Origin: Actinomycetales bacterium
GTDB lineage: Bacteria > Actinomycetota > Actinomycetes > Actinomycetales > DASROP01
NCBI GenBank assembly: GCA_038232615.1
Contig: JBBSNO010000003.1
Location: forward strand, 1-33,751
Reading direction: 5' to 3'
DNA: 33,751 nucleotides
The position numbers and the translations under genes are program-made. Shown here in pieces: positions 16,403 through 26,522 of this stretch (the first letter of the stretch is position 1; every line of letters starts with the position of its first letter). The notes under the pieces are model-generated. The model worked only from the letters and a program-made list of their open reading frames with translations, did not search any database and was not told where the DNA came from.

Positions 16403-18104
16403 ATGACCCCGTTCTCCCACGCCCAGCACGCGCCTGCCCACGCGAGCACCGCAGCCGCCTCGCACCTGCCTCCCGCGTACCCGGGCAGGGCCCCGTGGGG
16501 AACCGCCGCCAAGCTGCGCGCCTGGCAGGCGGACGCCCTCGAGCAGTACCTGCGCTCCGCGCCGCGCGACTTCCTGGCAGTGGCCACCCCGGGCGCCGGC
16601 AAGACCACGTTCGCACTCCGCGTGGCGACGGAGCTGCTCGACCGCGACGTCATCTCGCGGCTGACGGTGCTGGCCCCAACCGAGCACCTGAAGACCCAGT
16701 GGGCGGCCCCTGCTGCACCGGGCCCGCACCGAGGCCGCCCGCACCCTGGTGGTGCTGGACGAGATCCACCACGGGGGAGACGCGCTGTCGTGGGGCGACG
16801 CCGTCCGGGAGGCCTTCGAGCCGGCCCGACGACGCCTGGCACTGACCGGGACCCCGTTCCGCTCGGACACCGCCGCGATCCCGTTCGTCGACTACGTCGA
16901 GGACTCGAGCGGGATCCGGCGCTCGGCAGCCGACTACTCCTACGGATACGCGCGGGCGCTCAGGGACGGCGTCGTCCGCCCTGTGCTGTTCCTGGCCTAC
17001 TCGGGCCAGATGCGCTGGCGGACGCGGGCCGGGGACGAGGTCAGCGCGAGCCTCGGCGAGGCGATGACGCAGGACATGACCGCGCACGCGTGGCGGACGG
17101 CGCTCGACCCGGACGGCGCGTGGGTGCCCGCCGTCCTCGCCGCAGCCGACCGCCGGCTCACCGAGGTGCGCCGAGGGGTGCCGGACGCCGGCGGGCTCGT
17201 GATCGCCTCCGACCAGGCGACGGCGCGGGCGTACGCGGCCGTGCTGCGCCAGGTCACCGGCGAGCCTCCCGTCGTGGTGCTCTCGGACGACGCGGGCGCC
17301 TCGGCGCGGATCGAGGAGTTCTCCGCCGGGGACGCCCGGTGGATGGTCGCGGTGCGGATGGTCAGCGAGGGGGTCGACCTGCCCCGGCTCGCGGTCGGCG
17401 TCTACGCGACGTCGGCGTCGACCCCGCTCTACTTCGCCCAGGCGATCGGCAGGTTCGTGCGCGCCCGGCGGCGGGGCGAGACGGCGTCGGTGTTCCTGCC
17501 CAGCGTCCCGGGGCTGCTCGAGCTCGCGGGCGAGGTGGAGCGCGAGCGGGACCACGCCCTGGACCGTCCCGCAGCCGCCGACGACCTCGAGTGGTCGCCC
17601 GAGGACGGCATGGTCGCGGCGGCGGGCCGCGAGGAGAAGGCGTCGGGGGAGCTGGAGCAGGGCGCCTTCGAGGCGCTGGACTCGCAGGCTTCCTTCGACC
17701 ACGTGCTGTTCGACGGCGGCCACTTCGGCGCCGGGGCCGAAGTGGGCAGCGAGGAGGAGTCGGACTACATCGGGATCCCGGGCCTGCTCGAGCCCGACCA
17801 GGTGGCCGACCTGCTGCGTCAGCGCCAGGCCAAGCACGTCGATGCCCGTCGGAGGCGCTCGGCGGCCAGTGGGTCGGCCCCCGCCCAGGAGACGTCGATC
17901 GCGGTACACCGGCAGGTGGCGGTGCTGCGCAAGGAGCTGAACTCCCTCGTCGCCGCGTGGGCCCGGCGCACCGGCTCCCCGCACGGGGCCGTGCACGCCG
18001 ACCTGCGACGACGGTGCGGTGGTGGCGAGGTCGCCCGCGCCTCGGTGGAGCAGATCCAGGCCCGCATCGACGTCCTGCGCGCCTGGTTCGTCACCCGACG
18101 CTGA
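16403..18104 (+). pseudogene. SF2 DEAD/DEAH-box helicase (Rv2917-like) disrupted by an out-of-frame internal deletion near 16706
   Basis: First frame: LRAWQ, ATPGAGKT, APTEHLKTQWA. A different frame then gives PLLHRARTEAARTLVVLDEIHH, LTGTPFRSD, MVSEGVDLPRL, FAQAIGRFVR to the stop at 18104. Confidence 0.85.
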
Positions 18105-18147
18105 CGCGGTCGACGACCCTCGGCGCCGAGCCGTCCTCCCACCGCGC

Positions 18148-18174
18148 CTCAATGTCCGGCCCGGTAGTGCCGAC
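18148..18174 (+). promoter_or_regulatory. Sigma-28 (FliA/WhiG)-type promoter
   Basis: CTCA-N17-GCCGAC about 50 nt upstream of the GGDEF-EAL start. Confidence 0.6.
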
Positions 18175-18223
18175 AGCAGAGGGACGCCGGGTGACGGAAC
18201 GGTCCGGACGAGGGAGGGCAGCC

Positions 18224-20596
18224 ATGGTCGATGCGACGGCGAAGCGCCGCCGGCGTCCGACCCGTGACGTCGCGTTCGACCTGTTCGTGTTCGGAGCGGG
18301 CGCGTTGCTGGGGTACGCGGCACTGGCGCGGTGGCTGACCGACTCACCCATGCTCTCGGTGCCGGCGGCAGCGACCGTGCTGCTGGTCATCGTGATGAGC
18401 CAGTACCCGCTCACGCTCCCGCAGCGGGCGGGGGACGCGGTCATCGGGTTCGAGATCAGCGCCCTGGTCTTCCTCGTGCTGGTCATGCCGCCCGACGGGG
18501 CCCTCGGGCTTTGGTGCGTCGGACAGACCCTCGCCCAGCTGCTGGAACGTCCCCGCTCCTGGCGCAGCAGGCTCTTCAACATCGGCATCACCGTGCTGTG
18601 CGGCGGTCTCTTCGTGCTGACGTACTCGGTCGCCGAACGGTACGCACCGGGCATGCACGAGCTCGTCGCCCTCGCCCTGGCTTGCGTGGCCTTCTTCGTC
18701 GCGGACCTGGTCGTCACGACCCTGTCGCTGGCACTCGAGGCAGGGGAGTCGCTCGGGTCGGCGCTGGTGTGGCGAGCGGTCGCGCTCCCCCTGCTGATCT
18801 TCGTGGCGGTGGCCACGCTGGGCTACCTCGCCGCCCTGCTGCAACGCAGCCAGGCCGGTTGGTCCATGCTCCTGCTGCTGGTGCCGGTGGGCACGATCCT
18901 GGTTGCTGCCAGGTCGATCAGCGACGCGCGGCTCACCTCGGTGCGTCTGCGTGGGCTGTTCGAGGCGGCGACCGAGGCGCCGGGCTGGGCCGACGAGCAG
19001 CACATCGAACAGGCCCTCGTGGAGCAGTCGCACCGGGTGTTCCGGCACAGCACGACGTCGTGGACGACGACGCCGGTCCCGCCGGGGAAGGACAGGATGA
19101 CCAGCGTCATCTCGGTGGACGGGCGCCCGCACCGCTGGCTGGTCGTGGACCGGGCCTCGACCCACCACGGCTTCGACGACGCCGACCGGAGCGCCCTGGA
19201 CATGCTGGCCGCGATGGCGGCCTCGACGCTGGAGCGCCGGCGTCTCCTCGACGAGATGTCGCACCTGGCGCGGCACGACGTGCTCACGGGACTGGACAAC
19301 CGCGCCGTCTTCGCCGACCGGCTCGAGCACGCCCTGTCCTACCGGCGTCATCACGCGCCGGCGATCCTCTACTGCGACCTCGACGGCTTCAAGGCCGTGA
19401 ACGACCGCTTCGGACACCAGACCGGGGACGCGCTGCTCAAGGCGGTCGCCGAGCGGCTGCGCGTCTGCGTCCGGCCGTCGGACACCCTGGCCAGGCTCGG
19501 TGGGGACGAGTTCGCCGTCCTGCTCGAGGAGCTCGGTGGAGACCACGACCCGCTACGGGTCGCGCGCAGCATCCTCGACGCGCTGTCGACACCGTTCACG
19601 GTGGAGGCACAGGTGATCCGGATCCAGGTCAGCGTGGGCATCGCACCCGGGCAGCAGGGCCTGTCGGCCAGCGACCTGATGCGCAACGCCGACACGGCCA
19701 TGTACCGCGCCAAGGCGCTGGGCAAGGACCGGGCCGAGGTCTTCGAGGCCTCGATGCAGGCCGACAACATGCGGCGGATCCAGCTGCAGGACGAGTTGCG
19801 GCGCGCGCTGGAACGCTCTGAGATCACGTTCGCGCACCAGGTCATCGTCGACCTGAGCACCGGCCGGATCGAGGGTGTCGAGCTGCTGGCGCGTTGGCAC
19901 CACCGCGAGCTCGGTCCCATCGGCCCCGACGTCTTCGTGCCGCTGGTGGAGCAGATGGGCCTGGGTCTGGCCCTGGTGGACCAGGCCTTCACGGCGGCCC
20001 GCACCGCTGCCGTCGAGCTGGCCAGGGCCGCCGGTCGACCGCTGTCCATCGCCATCAACCTGACGCCGGACCAGGCCACGGCTCCGCGCGTGCTCGAGCT
20101 GGTCACCACCATGCGCGGCGACCACCCCGAGGTGCCGTTGGTGCTCGAGATCACCGAGGGGACGCTCCTCGTCGACGACACCCGGACGCGTGAGGCGCTG
20201 GAAGCCCTCGCCGCCACCGGCGCGCGGCTGGCGGTGGACGACTTCGGCGTCGGGTACTCATCGATCGGCTACCTGCACCGCTTTCCGGTGCGCATCCTCA
20301 AGATCGACAAGTCGTTCGTGCAGGACTGCCACGAGCTGCGCGCCCGGCCGCTCGTCGAGGGGGTCATCGCGATGGCCAGGACGATGGGGCTGTCGGTCGT
20401 GGCGGAGGGGATCGAGGACTGGTCGACGGCGGCGCTGATCAGGGACATGGGTTGCGACCTGGGACAGGGCTTCCTGTTCGCGCGGCCGGTGCCGCTGGCC
20501 GAGCTGCTGGGGCTGGTCTCGACGGGCACGGTCGACATGTCGCAGGCTGCCGCTCTCTCGCGGTCTCGTGTTGCCAGAGCGGCGTTGATGCCGTAG
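18224..20596 (+). CDS. Membrane-anchored GGDEF-EAL diguanylate cyclase/phosphodiesterase
   Basis: RBS GGAGG; about 7 N-terminal transmembrane helices; HDVLTGL.NR, DLDGFKAVND, RPSD I-site, RLGGDEF; EAL domain with ELL variant, EITE, DDFGVGYSS, KIDKSF, EGIE, QGF. Confidence 0.93.
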   Translation: MVDATAKRRRRPTRDVAFDLFVFGAGALLGYAALARWLTDSPMLSVPAAATVLLVIVMSQYPLTLPQRAGDAVIGFEISALVFLVLVMPPDGALGLWCVGQTLAQLLERPRSWRSRLFNIGITVLCGGLFVLTYSVAERYAPGMHELVALALACVAFFVADLVVTTLSLALEAGESLGSALVWRAVALPLLIFVAVATLGYLAALLQRSQAGWSMLLLLVPVGTILVAARSISDARLTSVRLRGLFEAATEAPGWADEQHIEQALVEQSHRVFRHSTTSWTTTPVPPGKDRMTSVISVDGRPHRWLVVDRASTHHGFDDADRSALDMLAAMAASTLERRRLLDEMSHLARHDVLTGLDNRAVFADRLEHALSYRRHHAPAILYCDLDGFKAVNDRFGHQTGDALLKAVAERLRVCVRPSDTLARLGGDEFAVLLEELGGDHDPLRVARSILDALSTPFTVEAQVIRIQVSVGIAPGQQGLSASDLMRNADTAMYRAKALGKDRAEVFEASMQADNMRRIQLQDELRRALERSEITFAHQVIVDLSTGRIEGVELLARWHHRELGPIGPDVFVPLVEQMGLGLALVDQAFTAARTAAVELARAAGRPLSIAINLTPDQATAPRVLELVTTMRGDHPEVPLVLEITEGTLLVDDTRTREALEALAATGARLAVDDFGVGYSSIGYLHRFPVRILKIDKSFVQDCHELRARPLVEGVIAMARTMGLSVVAEGIEDWSTAALIRDMGCDLGQGFLFARPVPLAELLGLVSTGTVDMSQAAALSRSRVARAALMP

Positions 20597-20607
20597 GCCT
20601 GTCTGCC

Positions 20608-21489
20608 ATGCCGATGCTGCCCCAGGTCCTGCTCGACCGACTGGCCACCGCCATCGAGCACGCGACGTTCCTCGACCGACCCGCCGACCTGCTACAGGGC
20701 CTGACCCGCAGGTTGCCGCCCGGTGTGGTCAAGGACGTGCTCTCGGGCACCCCGGTGGGTCACCCGACGCACCCTCTGCTCGTCACCGTGCCGATCGGTG
20801 CCTTCGTCGGCGCGACGGTCCTGGACGTGACGAAGGGCGACCCGGCGGCGAGTCGCCGACTCGTCGGCCTGGGGCTGCTGGCGGCCGTCCCCTCGGCCGC
20901 CACGGGACTGTCGGACTGGTCGGACACGGACGGCGCCGAGCGTCGCATCGGGCTCGTGCACGCTGTCGGCAACGTCACCGGGCTCGCGCTGCTGGGGCTG
21001 TCGTGGTTCCGCCGCCGGTCCGGTGACGGCGGCGAGGGCCTGACGCTCGCGGGCCTCGGCGCCCTCGGCGTCTCCGGCTGGCTCGGTGGGCACCTCGCGT
21101 ACGCGCTGGGCGTGGGGGTGGACACGACCGCGTTCCAGCGTCCGCCGATCGACTGGACCGACGCGCTGGCCGAGGCCGACCTCGCCGACGGCCGTCCCCA
21201 CGCCGCGACCGTGGAGGACACCCCCGTGCTGCTGGTCCGCCACCAGGGAGCGCTGCGCGCCATCGGTGACCGCTGCACCCACCGCGGCGCACCCCTGCAC
21301 GAAGGGTCCCTGGTCGACGGGTGCGTCCAGTGCCCGTGGCACGGCAGCCGCTTCGCCCTCGCCGACGGCGCCGTCGTCCGCGGACCGGCGACCCGTCCCC
21401 AGCCGACCTTCGAGGCTCGCGTGGTCGACGGCCGGGTGCAGGTGCGCCGCGCCGAGGTGCGCGCCCTGCGGCTGAACCCGACGAGCTGA
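20608..21489 (+). CDS. DUF2231-like membrane domain plus Rieske [2Fe-2S] protein
   Basis: GHPTHP.LV..PIG and TGLSDW...R.GLVHA in the N-terminal domain; CTHRG...CPWHGS.F Rieske ligands. Confidence 0.9.
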   Translation: MPMLPQVLLDRLATAIEHATFLDRPADLLQGLTRRLPPGVVKDVLSGTPVGHPTHPLLVTVPIGAFVGATVLDVTKGDPAASRRLVGLGLLAAVPSAATGLSDWSDTDGAERRIGLVHAVGNVTGLALLGLSWFRRRSGDGGEGLTLAGLGALGVSGWLGGHLAYALGVGVDTTAFQRPPIDWTDALAEADLADGRPHAATVEDTPVLLVRHQGALRAIGDRCTHRGAPLHEGSLVDGCVQCPWHGSRFALADGAVVRGPATRPQPTFEARVVDGRVQVRRAEVRALRLNPTS

Positions 21490-21514
21490 GCGCCCGACGG
21501 GTCCAGCCGGGGGC

Positions 21515-23005
21515 TCAGACGCCGATGCGGTGCCACGGCCCCCAGATGGCGATGCTCATCCCCGCGCCCGACTGGATGTTGACGAACAGCGTGTGCCCGT
21601 CCCCGCCGAAGGTCGACCCGGCGAACTCGTCGCCGCCGATGTCGTCGCCCTTCGGGATCATGTTGCGGGCGATGTCGAACAGTCGTCCGTCGGTCCCGAG
21701 CCCGCGCAGCCAGTTGCCCTCGTCGCCGTCCTCGCAGATCACCAGCGTGCCCCGGGGACTGGTCGTGATGTTGTCGGGGAAGTCCAGGACGTCGGCACCC
21801 GGGGAGACGTAGACCAGCTCGAGTCGGCGCGCCCCGACGTGGTAGGCCCAGATCTGGCCACGGCCGTTGCCGAATCCTCCCCGCGGCTCAGGGTCGTTGG
21901 GGTCGAAGCCCTCCTCGGCCGGGCCGCCTCCCTGGGTCGCGGTGAAGTACACGACCCCGCGGTCGTAGATCGCTCCCTCCAGCCGGCCGAAGTACGCGGT
22001 CGGGTGGTCGGCGTCGAGCCAGCCCTGCTTCGCCACGGCGTGGATCGCCTGATCGTTGGTGGTCGTCGGCCTGCCGTCGACCATCGGGAAGGTCGGGTCG
22101 GGGTCCTCGATCCTCACCCAGGAGACATCGAACGTCGCACCGACCTCGTTGACGCCCTCGAGGTGGGCGTTCGGCACCCCCGTCACGGCCAGCATGTACA
22201 GCTCGCCGCCGTCGTCGAGCCTGCTGCTGCCCTGCGGGGGCACGTAGCGGTAGAACCCGCTGGGGAAGCCGAAGTCGTCCTCGGTGAGGTAGAACGCGTT
22301 GTCGTCGGGGGCGAAGGCGATCGCCTCGTGCGAGAAGCGGCCAGCGGACCGGACCGGGGTCGCCGCCGAGGCGCCGACGGCGGGGACCTCGAAGACGTAC
22401 CCGTGCTTCTGCTGCAGGTTCGCGTTGTCGACGTAGCTCTGGCCGCCCCCGAACCGGAAGTCGTCGAAGACGTCGAAGCCGTTGACCGTCTCCTCGCACG
22501 TCACCCAACTGCCCCACGGCATCGGACCACCCGCGCAGTTGCCCGAGGTGCCGGCCAGGCTGGCCCAGGAGTCGAGCACCGTGCCGTTCTTGCGGACGAC
22601 GGCGGTGGTGGTGCCGCCCTCCGCGCCCGGGTCGTAGACGGGTGCGCCGGCGAACGCCGTGCCCGACCCGAGGATCTCGTGGTTGCGGACGAGGTAGGTC
22701 GCGTTTCCGGGGGCGTCGAACGCCGCCATCCCGTCGTGCCGGCCAGGGATCACCACACCGTCCCCGAGCAGCTCACCGGCGTGCTGGAAGGAGCGGTACT
22801 GGAAGCCGCGCGGCAGCTGCAGGCGGACGACGCCGTCCCGCTGGTCCTTGACGTCGAACAGGCGGTCGCGATGGGACGTGCCGCGGGGGGGCCTGCCGTG
22901 GGGGGGAGCGCCCTGGGCCTGCAGCGCGAAGAATCCGGTAAAAGGTCCGGCGAGGGCCGCGGTGGCACCGGCCCGCAGGACGGTGCGGCGGTCGAGGTCG
23001 GTCAT
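21515..23005 (-). CDS. phoX: Tat-secreted PhoX-family alkaline phosphatase
   Basis: RBS AGGAGG; twin-arginine signal DRRTVL; HDGMAAF, RNHE, NCAGG.MPWGSW.TCEE, GRFSHEA, TEDD, PDN, CED, EFAG, NIQ motifs. Confidence 0.92.
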   Translation of the reverse strand: MTDLDRRTVLRAGATAALAGPFTGFFALQAQGAPPHGRPPRGTSHRDRLFDVKDQRDGVVRLQLPRGFQYRSFQHAGELLGDGVVIPGRHDGMAAFDAPGNATYLVRNHEILGSGTAFAGAPVYDPGAEGGTTTAVVRKNGTVLDSWASLAGTSGNCAGGPMPWGSWVTCEETVNGFDVFDDFRFGGGQSYVDNANLQQKHGYVFEVPAVGASAATPVRSAGRFSHEAIAFAPDDNAFYLTEDDFGFPSGFYRYVPPQGSSRLDDGGELYMLAVTGVPNAHLEGVNEVGATFDVSWVRIEDPDPTFPMVDGRPTTTNDQAIHAVAKQGWLDADHPTAYFGRLEGAIYDRGVVYFTATQGGGPAEEGFDPNDPEPRGGFGNGRGQIWAYHVGARRLELVYVSPGADVLDFPDNITTSPRGTLVICEDGDEGNWLRGLGTDGRLFDIARNMIPKGDDIGGDEFAGSTFGGDGHTLFVNIQSGAGMSIAIWGPWHRIGV

Positions 23006-23100
23006 GGTGGTGGGCCTCCTGGGTGTGTCGGCGCTGAGACGGCCGCACGCTACCGCCGTCTGCGTGGCTGCGGAAGGACTATCGCGTAGCCTCGGCACCC

Positions 23101-25584
23101 GTGACCGAAGTCGTACCCCAGGCCGTGCCCGAGGCCCATGCCCCCAGCCCCGTCGGGCCGGCGTCCGCCCCGGCCGTCCCCGCTCGGGCTCTGGACCCGA
23201 GCGTGGCCGCGAACGTCGACCTCGAGGTGCTGGACGACGTCCAGCGCCGGGTGCTGTGGCTCGCCACCCGCATCGTCGACGCGGCGAACCGCGAGCGCGA
23301 CACCGGCGACGGGGTGAAGGTGGGTGGTCATCAGGCATCGTCGGCCAGTCTCGTGACCGCCATGACCGCGCTGTACTTCGCACACCTGGACGCCGCCGAC
23401 AAGGTCAGCGTCAAGCCGCACGCGAGCCCGGTGTTCCACGCGGTCCAGTACCTGCTCGGCGGCCTGGACCGCTCCTACCTGACGCGGCTGCGGGCGCGGG
23501 ACGGTCTTCAGTCGTACCCGTCGCGGACCAAGGACCCGGACGAGGTCGACTTCTCGACGGGCTCGGTCGGGCTCGGACCCGTGGCGCCCCTCTTCGCCTC
23601 CGTGGTGCGCCGCTATGTCGACGCCCACTTCGGTGCGCGTGACAGCAGCCGTTTCGTGGCACTGCTCGGTGACGCGGAGCTGGACGAGGGCAACATCTGG
23701 GAGGCGGTGGCCGACCCCGCCACCAGCGGTCTCGGCGACGTCATGTGGGTCGTGGACTTCAACCGCCAGAGCCTGGACCGCGTGGTGCCGGGGATCCGCA
23801 TCGACCAGTGGCGCGCGTCCTTCGAGGCGAACGGCTGGCACGTCGTCGAGGTCAAGTACGGGCGCCGCCTGCAGCAGTTCTTCGCTCGGCCGGGCGGAGA
23901 GGCGCTGCGCGCCTGGATCGACGCCATGCCGAACGAGCAGTACCAGTCGCTGTTCGCGCTCACGGGTGCCGAGCTGCGGGAACGGTTCCTCGACGGGGCT
24001 CCACCGCCGGTCGGCTCGCTCGTTGCGGACGTGCCGGACGACGACCTCTCGGTGTTGGTCACCGACCTGGGCGGGCACGACCTCGGCGCGCTGCTGGAGG
24101 CGTTCGGCGAGTGCGACGCCCAGACGACGCGTCCCAGCGTGGTCTTCGCCTACACGGTCAAGGGGTGGGGGCTGCCGACGGCCGGGCACCCGCGCAACCA
24201 CTCCGCGCTGCTGACCGGGGCCCAGATCGAGACCCTGCGGACCGAGAGCGGTCTGGACGTCGCCACCGAGTGGGACCGGATCGACTTGGCCACCCCGGCG
24301 GGGCAGTGGGTCGCCCGGCGGGCGCGGTACCTCGAGCGCACGCCACGTTACCGGCGGCTGGACATCGTCGTGCCCGAGCAGACCGGGGTCCGCACGACGA
24401 AGCCGGTGAGCACCCAGGAGGCCTTCGGGCGGGTGCTCGTCGACCTCTCGCGCGACCCTGCGGTCTCGCCGTACCTGGTGACCACGGCACCGGACGTCGC
24501 CACCTCCACCAACCTCGCGGGCTTCATCAACCGGCTCGGGGTGTTCGCCCCGTCCGAACGCCGGGCGTGGAGCCCGGACCCGCTGGTGAAGTGGACCGAG
24601 GGCCCGTCCGGCCAGCACCTCGAGCTCGGCATCTCGGAGATGAACCTCTTCCTGCTCCTGGGGCAGCTCGGCCTCTCCTGGGATCTGTCCGGCCAGCCGC
24701 TGCTGCCGGTCGGGACCGTCTACGACCCGTTCGTCTGCCGCGGTCTGGACGCCTTCCTCTACGGCACCTACTCCGGGTCGCGCTTCGTCGTCGCCGGGAC
24801 GCCGTCCGGCATCACGCTGGCGCCCGAGGGCGGTGCGCACCAGTCGACGATCACCGCGTCGATCGGACTGGAGCTGCCGGGCGTGACGTTCATCGAACCC
24901 GCCTACGCCACCGCGCTGGACTGGCTGCTGTGCGACGCCGTCGGCCGGATCGCCGCCGGAGGCACGGATGCGCAGGGCCGTGCGCGCACGGCGGCTCCGC
25001 ACGACGACGGCTCGTACTACCTGCGCCTGTCGACGCGGCCGCTCGACCAGGCGCCCTTCGAGGCGGCCCGTGCCCGGGTCGGCGACGCGGTGCTGCGCCG
25101 CCAGGTGCTGGCGGGTGCGTACCGGCTGGTGGACGCGTACGCCGCGCACCCCGAGCTGGCCGAGCAGAAGGCGCCGCTGGTGCACCTCGCGACGAGCGGC
25201 GCGGTGCTCCCCGAGGTGCTGACCGCTGCCGCCGAGCTGGCCGAGGAGGGCATCGCCGCGCACGTCGTCGACGTCACGAGCCTCGACCGGCTCTACGCGG
25301 CCTGGCAGCGCACGCTGCGCCAGGGGGTGCGGACGGCGACGGCGCCCAGCGTCCCGGGAGCGCTGCGCACCGCGTTCGGCGACCGCGCACCCGTGGTGAC
25401 CGTCCACGACGCGGCCTCGCACGCGATGGCGTGGATCGGATCGGCGCTGGGGGCGCCCGCCGTGCCGCTGGGGGTGGACGAGTTCGGGCAGTCGGGGTCG
25501 GTGGCCGACCTCTACGAGATCCACGACCTCACGTCGGGCTCGGTCGTCAACGCGGCGCTGGCCGCGCTGAGCCTTCAGCCCTGA
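23101..25584 (+). CDS. AceE-like homodimeric 2-oxoacid (pyruvate) dehydrogenase E1 / transketolase-fold enzyme
   Basis: KVGGHQASSAS, KPHASP, LQSYPS, STGSVGLG, ThDP motif GDAELDEG...N, LGISEMN, EGGAHQS, LGVDEFGQSG; -10 TAGCCT at 23087-23092. Confidence 0.9.
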   Translation: MTEVVPQAVPEAHAPSPVGPASAPAVPARALDPSVAANVDLEVLDDVQRRVLWLATRIVDAANRERDTGDGVKVGGHQASSASLVTAMTALYFAHLDAADKVSVKPHASPVFHAVQYLLGGLDRSYLTRLRARDGLQSYPSRTKDPDEVDFSTGSVGLGPVAPLFASVVRRYVDAHFGARDSSRFVALLGDAELDEGNIWEAVADPATSGLGDVMWVVDFNRQSLDRVVPGIRIDQWRASFEANGWHVVEVKYGRRLQQFFARPGGEALRAWIDAMPNEQYQSLFALTGAELRERFLDGAPPPVGSLVADVPDDDLSVLVTDLGGHDLGALLEAFGECDAQTTRPSVVFAYTVKGWGLPTAGHPRNHSALLTGAQIETLRTESGLDVATEWDRIDLATPAGQWVARRARYLERTPRYRRLDIVVPEQTGVRTTKPVSTQEAFGRVLVDLSRDPAVSPYLVTTAPDVATSTNLAGFINRLGVFAPSERRAWSPDPLVKWTEGPSGQHLELGISEMNLFLLLGQLGLSWDLSGQPLLPVGTVYDPFVCRGLDAFLYGTYSGSRFVVAGTPSGITLAPEGGAHQSTITASIGLELPGVTFIEPAYATALDWLLCDAVGRIAAGGTDAQGRARTAAPHDDGSYYLRLSTRPLDQAPFEAARARVGDAVLRRQVLAGAYRLVDAYAAHPELAEQKAPLVHLATSGAVLPEVLTAAAELAEEGIAAHVVDVTSLDRLYAAWQRTLRQGVRTATAPSVPGALRTAFGDRAPVVTVHDAASHAMAWIGSALGAPAVPLGVDEFGQSGSVADLYEIHDLTSGSVVNAALAALSLQP

Positions 25585-25595
25585 GCCCGTCGCGC

Positions 25596-26099
25596 ATGCC
25601 GGTCCTGGTCGTCGTCACCGAGCTGGCATCACCCGTCGCCGACGTCCTGGCAGCGAGCCTCGACCTCGACGTCGAGGTGGCTGCCGGTCGGCGGCACCAC
25701 GTGCACACGGTGCCGGACGGCGAGGGCTCGCGCGTCCGCGGACGGATCGGTGCCGGCGAGCGGGTGCGCTGGCGGGCCACGGTCTTCGGCGTGCTGCCTG
25801 TCATCCACAGCAGCGTCATCGACGAGGTGGTGCCGGACGACGGGGACGGCGGTGCCCGGTTCACGGACTCGATGGTGCGAGGGGCGTTTCGACGGTTCCG
25901 GCACGAGCACACGCTGGAAGCGTTGCCGCACAACCGTTGCCGCATGACGGACCGGCTCGCGTGGACCAGCCCGCTCGGCGTGCTGGGGCGGGTGGCCGAC
26001 GCCGTCTTCGTCCGCCGTGTCCTTGCCGGACTGCTCGCCGACCGCAACGGGGAGATCGCCCGCCGCCTCGGTCCACCGACGCCGCCGCAGCAGCACTGA
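25596..26099 (+). CDS. SRPBCC (START/cyclase-like) family protein
   Basis: V.WRA..FG, F.D.MVRGAF..FRHEH, M.D...W.SPLG.LGRVAD..F...L..RN pattern. Confidence 0.85.
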   Translation: MPVLVVVTELASPVADVLAASLDLDVEVAAGRRHHVHTVPDGEGSRVRGRIGAGERVRWRATVFGVLPVIHSSVIDEVVPDDGDGGARFTDSMVRGAFRRFRHEHTLEALPHNRCRMTDRLAWTSPLGVLGRVADAVFVRRVLAGLLADRNGEIARRLGPPTPPQQH

Positions 26100-26477
26100 G
26101 GCGTGCTGACGTCCTCGCTGGGTCATGGATGCAGTGGTGAACGCAGCGCAGGGGTGTCATCACCCCGCTCACGCTGCACCCACCGCTGCGACCACGGGAA
26201 GGCTCGACCTGAGCCGAGGACAATGCGCTGGCACCTCGATCTGCGACGATGGCTGAGGAGGCCAGAGTGGTGTCGCGGCGGCCGTGGCCAGGGAGTCAGT
26301 CCTCCAGCCACCGCAGTGGGGCAGTGCCCCGGTGTGGATCCACAGCTCTCGCCGGGGATCCCACCCGCCGGGACGCTGCACTGACCGACCGAACACTTCT
26401 CGACCGCTGCAACTCGGCGACGGCGGGCATGGTGTTGCGATCCGGGTGTGTTCACGCCGCCCGCGACAGCATCACGG

Positions 26478-26522
26478 ACGACACCCCACCACGTCGACAG
26501 CGACGTCAGCGCAGGGTGTCGT
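26478..26522 (-). terminator. Stem-loop just downstream of the lrp gene
   Basis: ACGACACCC/GGGTGTCGT outer stem with an inner ACGTCG/CGACGT stem. Confidence 0.5.

Noticed and set aside
16403-20596. 1397-aa ORF as a genuine evolved helicase-GGDEF-EAL multidomain protein
   Set aside because: The middle ~500 aa is Arg/Gly/Pro-rich off-frame translation of the helicase, and the GGDEF-EAL gene has its own RBS and start at 18224.
23050-25524. Long antisense or alternate-frame ORFs (e.g. 824 aa here; also 9588-11000, 28453-29979 and the N-terminal part of 11065-13650)
   Set aside because: Shadow ORFs expected from high-GC codon bias; they overlap well-supported genes and carry no recognisable motifs.
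26190-26225. GGGAAGG...GAGCC resembling the 3' part of a cobalamin riboswitch
   Set aside because: The upstream core (GGGAA-CCGGTG...CCCGCAACTGT, GCCACTG) is absent and no gene follows in that orientation.
26123-26455. Cys-containing 110-aa minus-strand ORF as a RiPP precursor
   Set aside because: No clear RBS, atypical composition and no modifying enzymes nearby.
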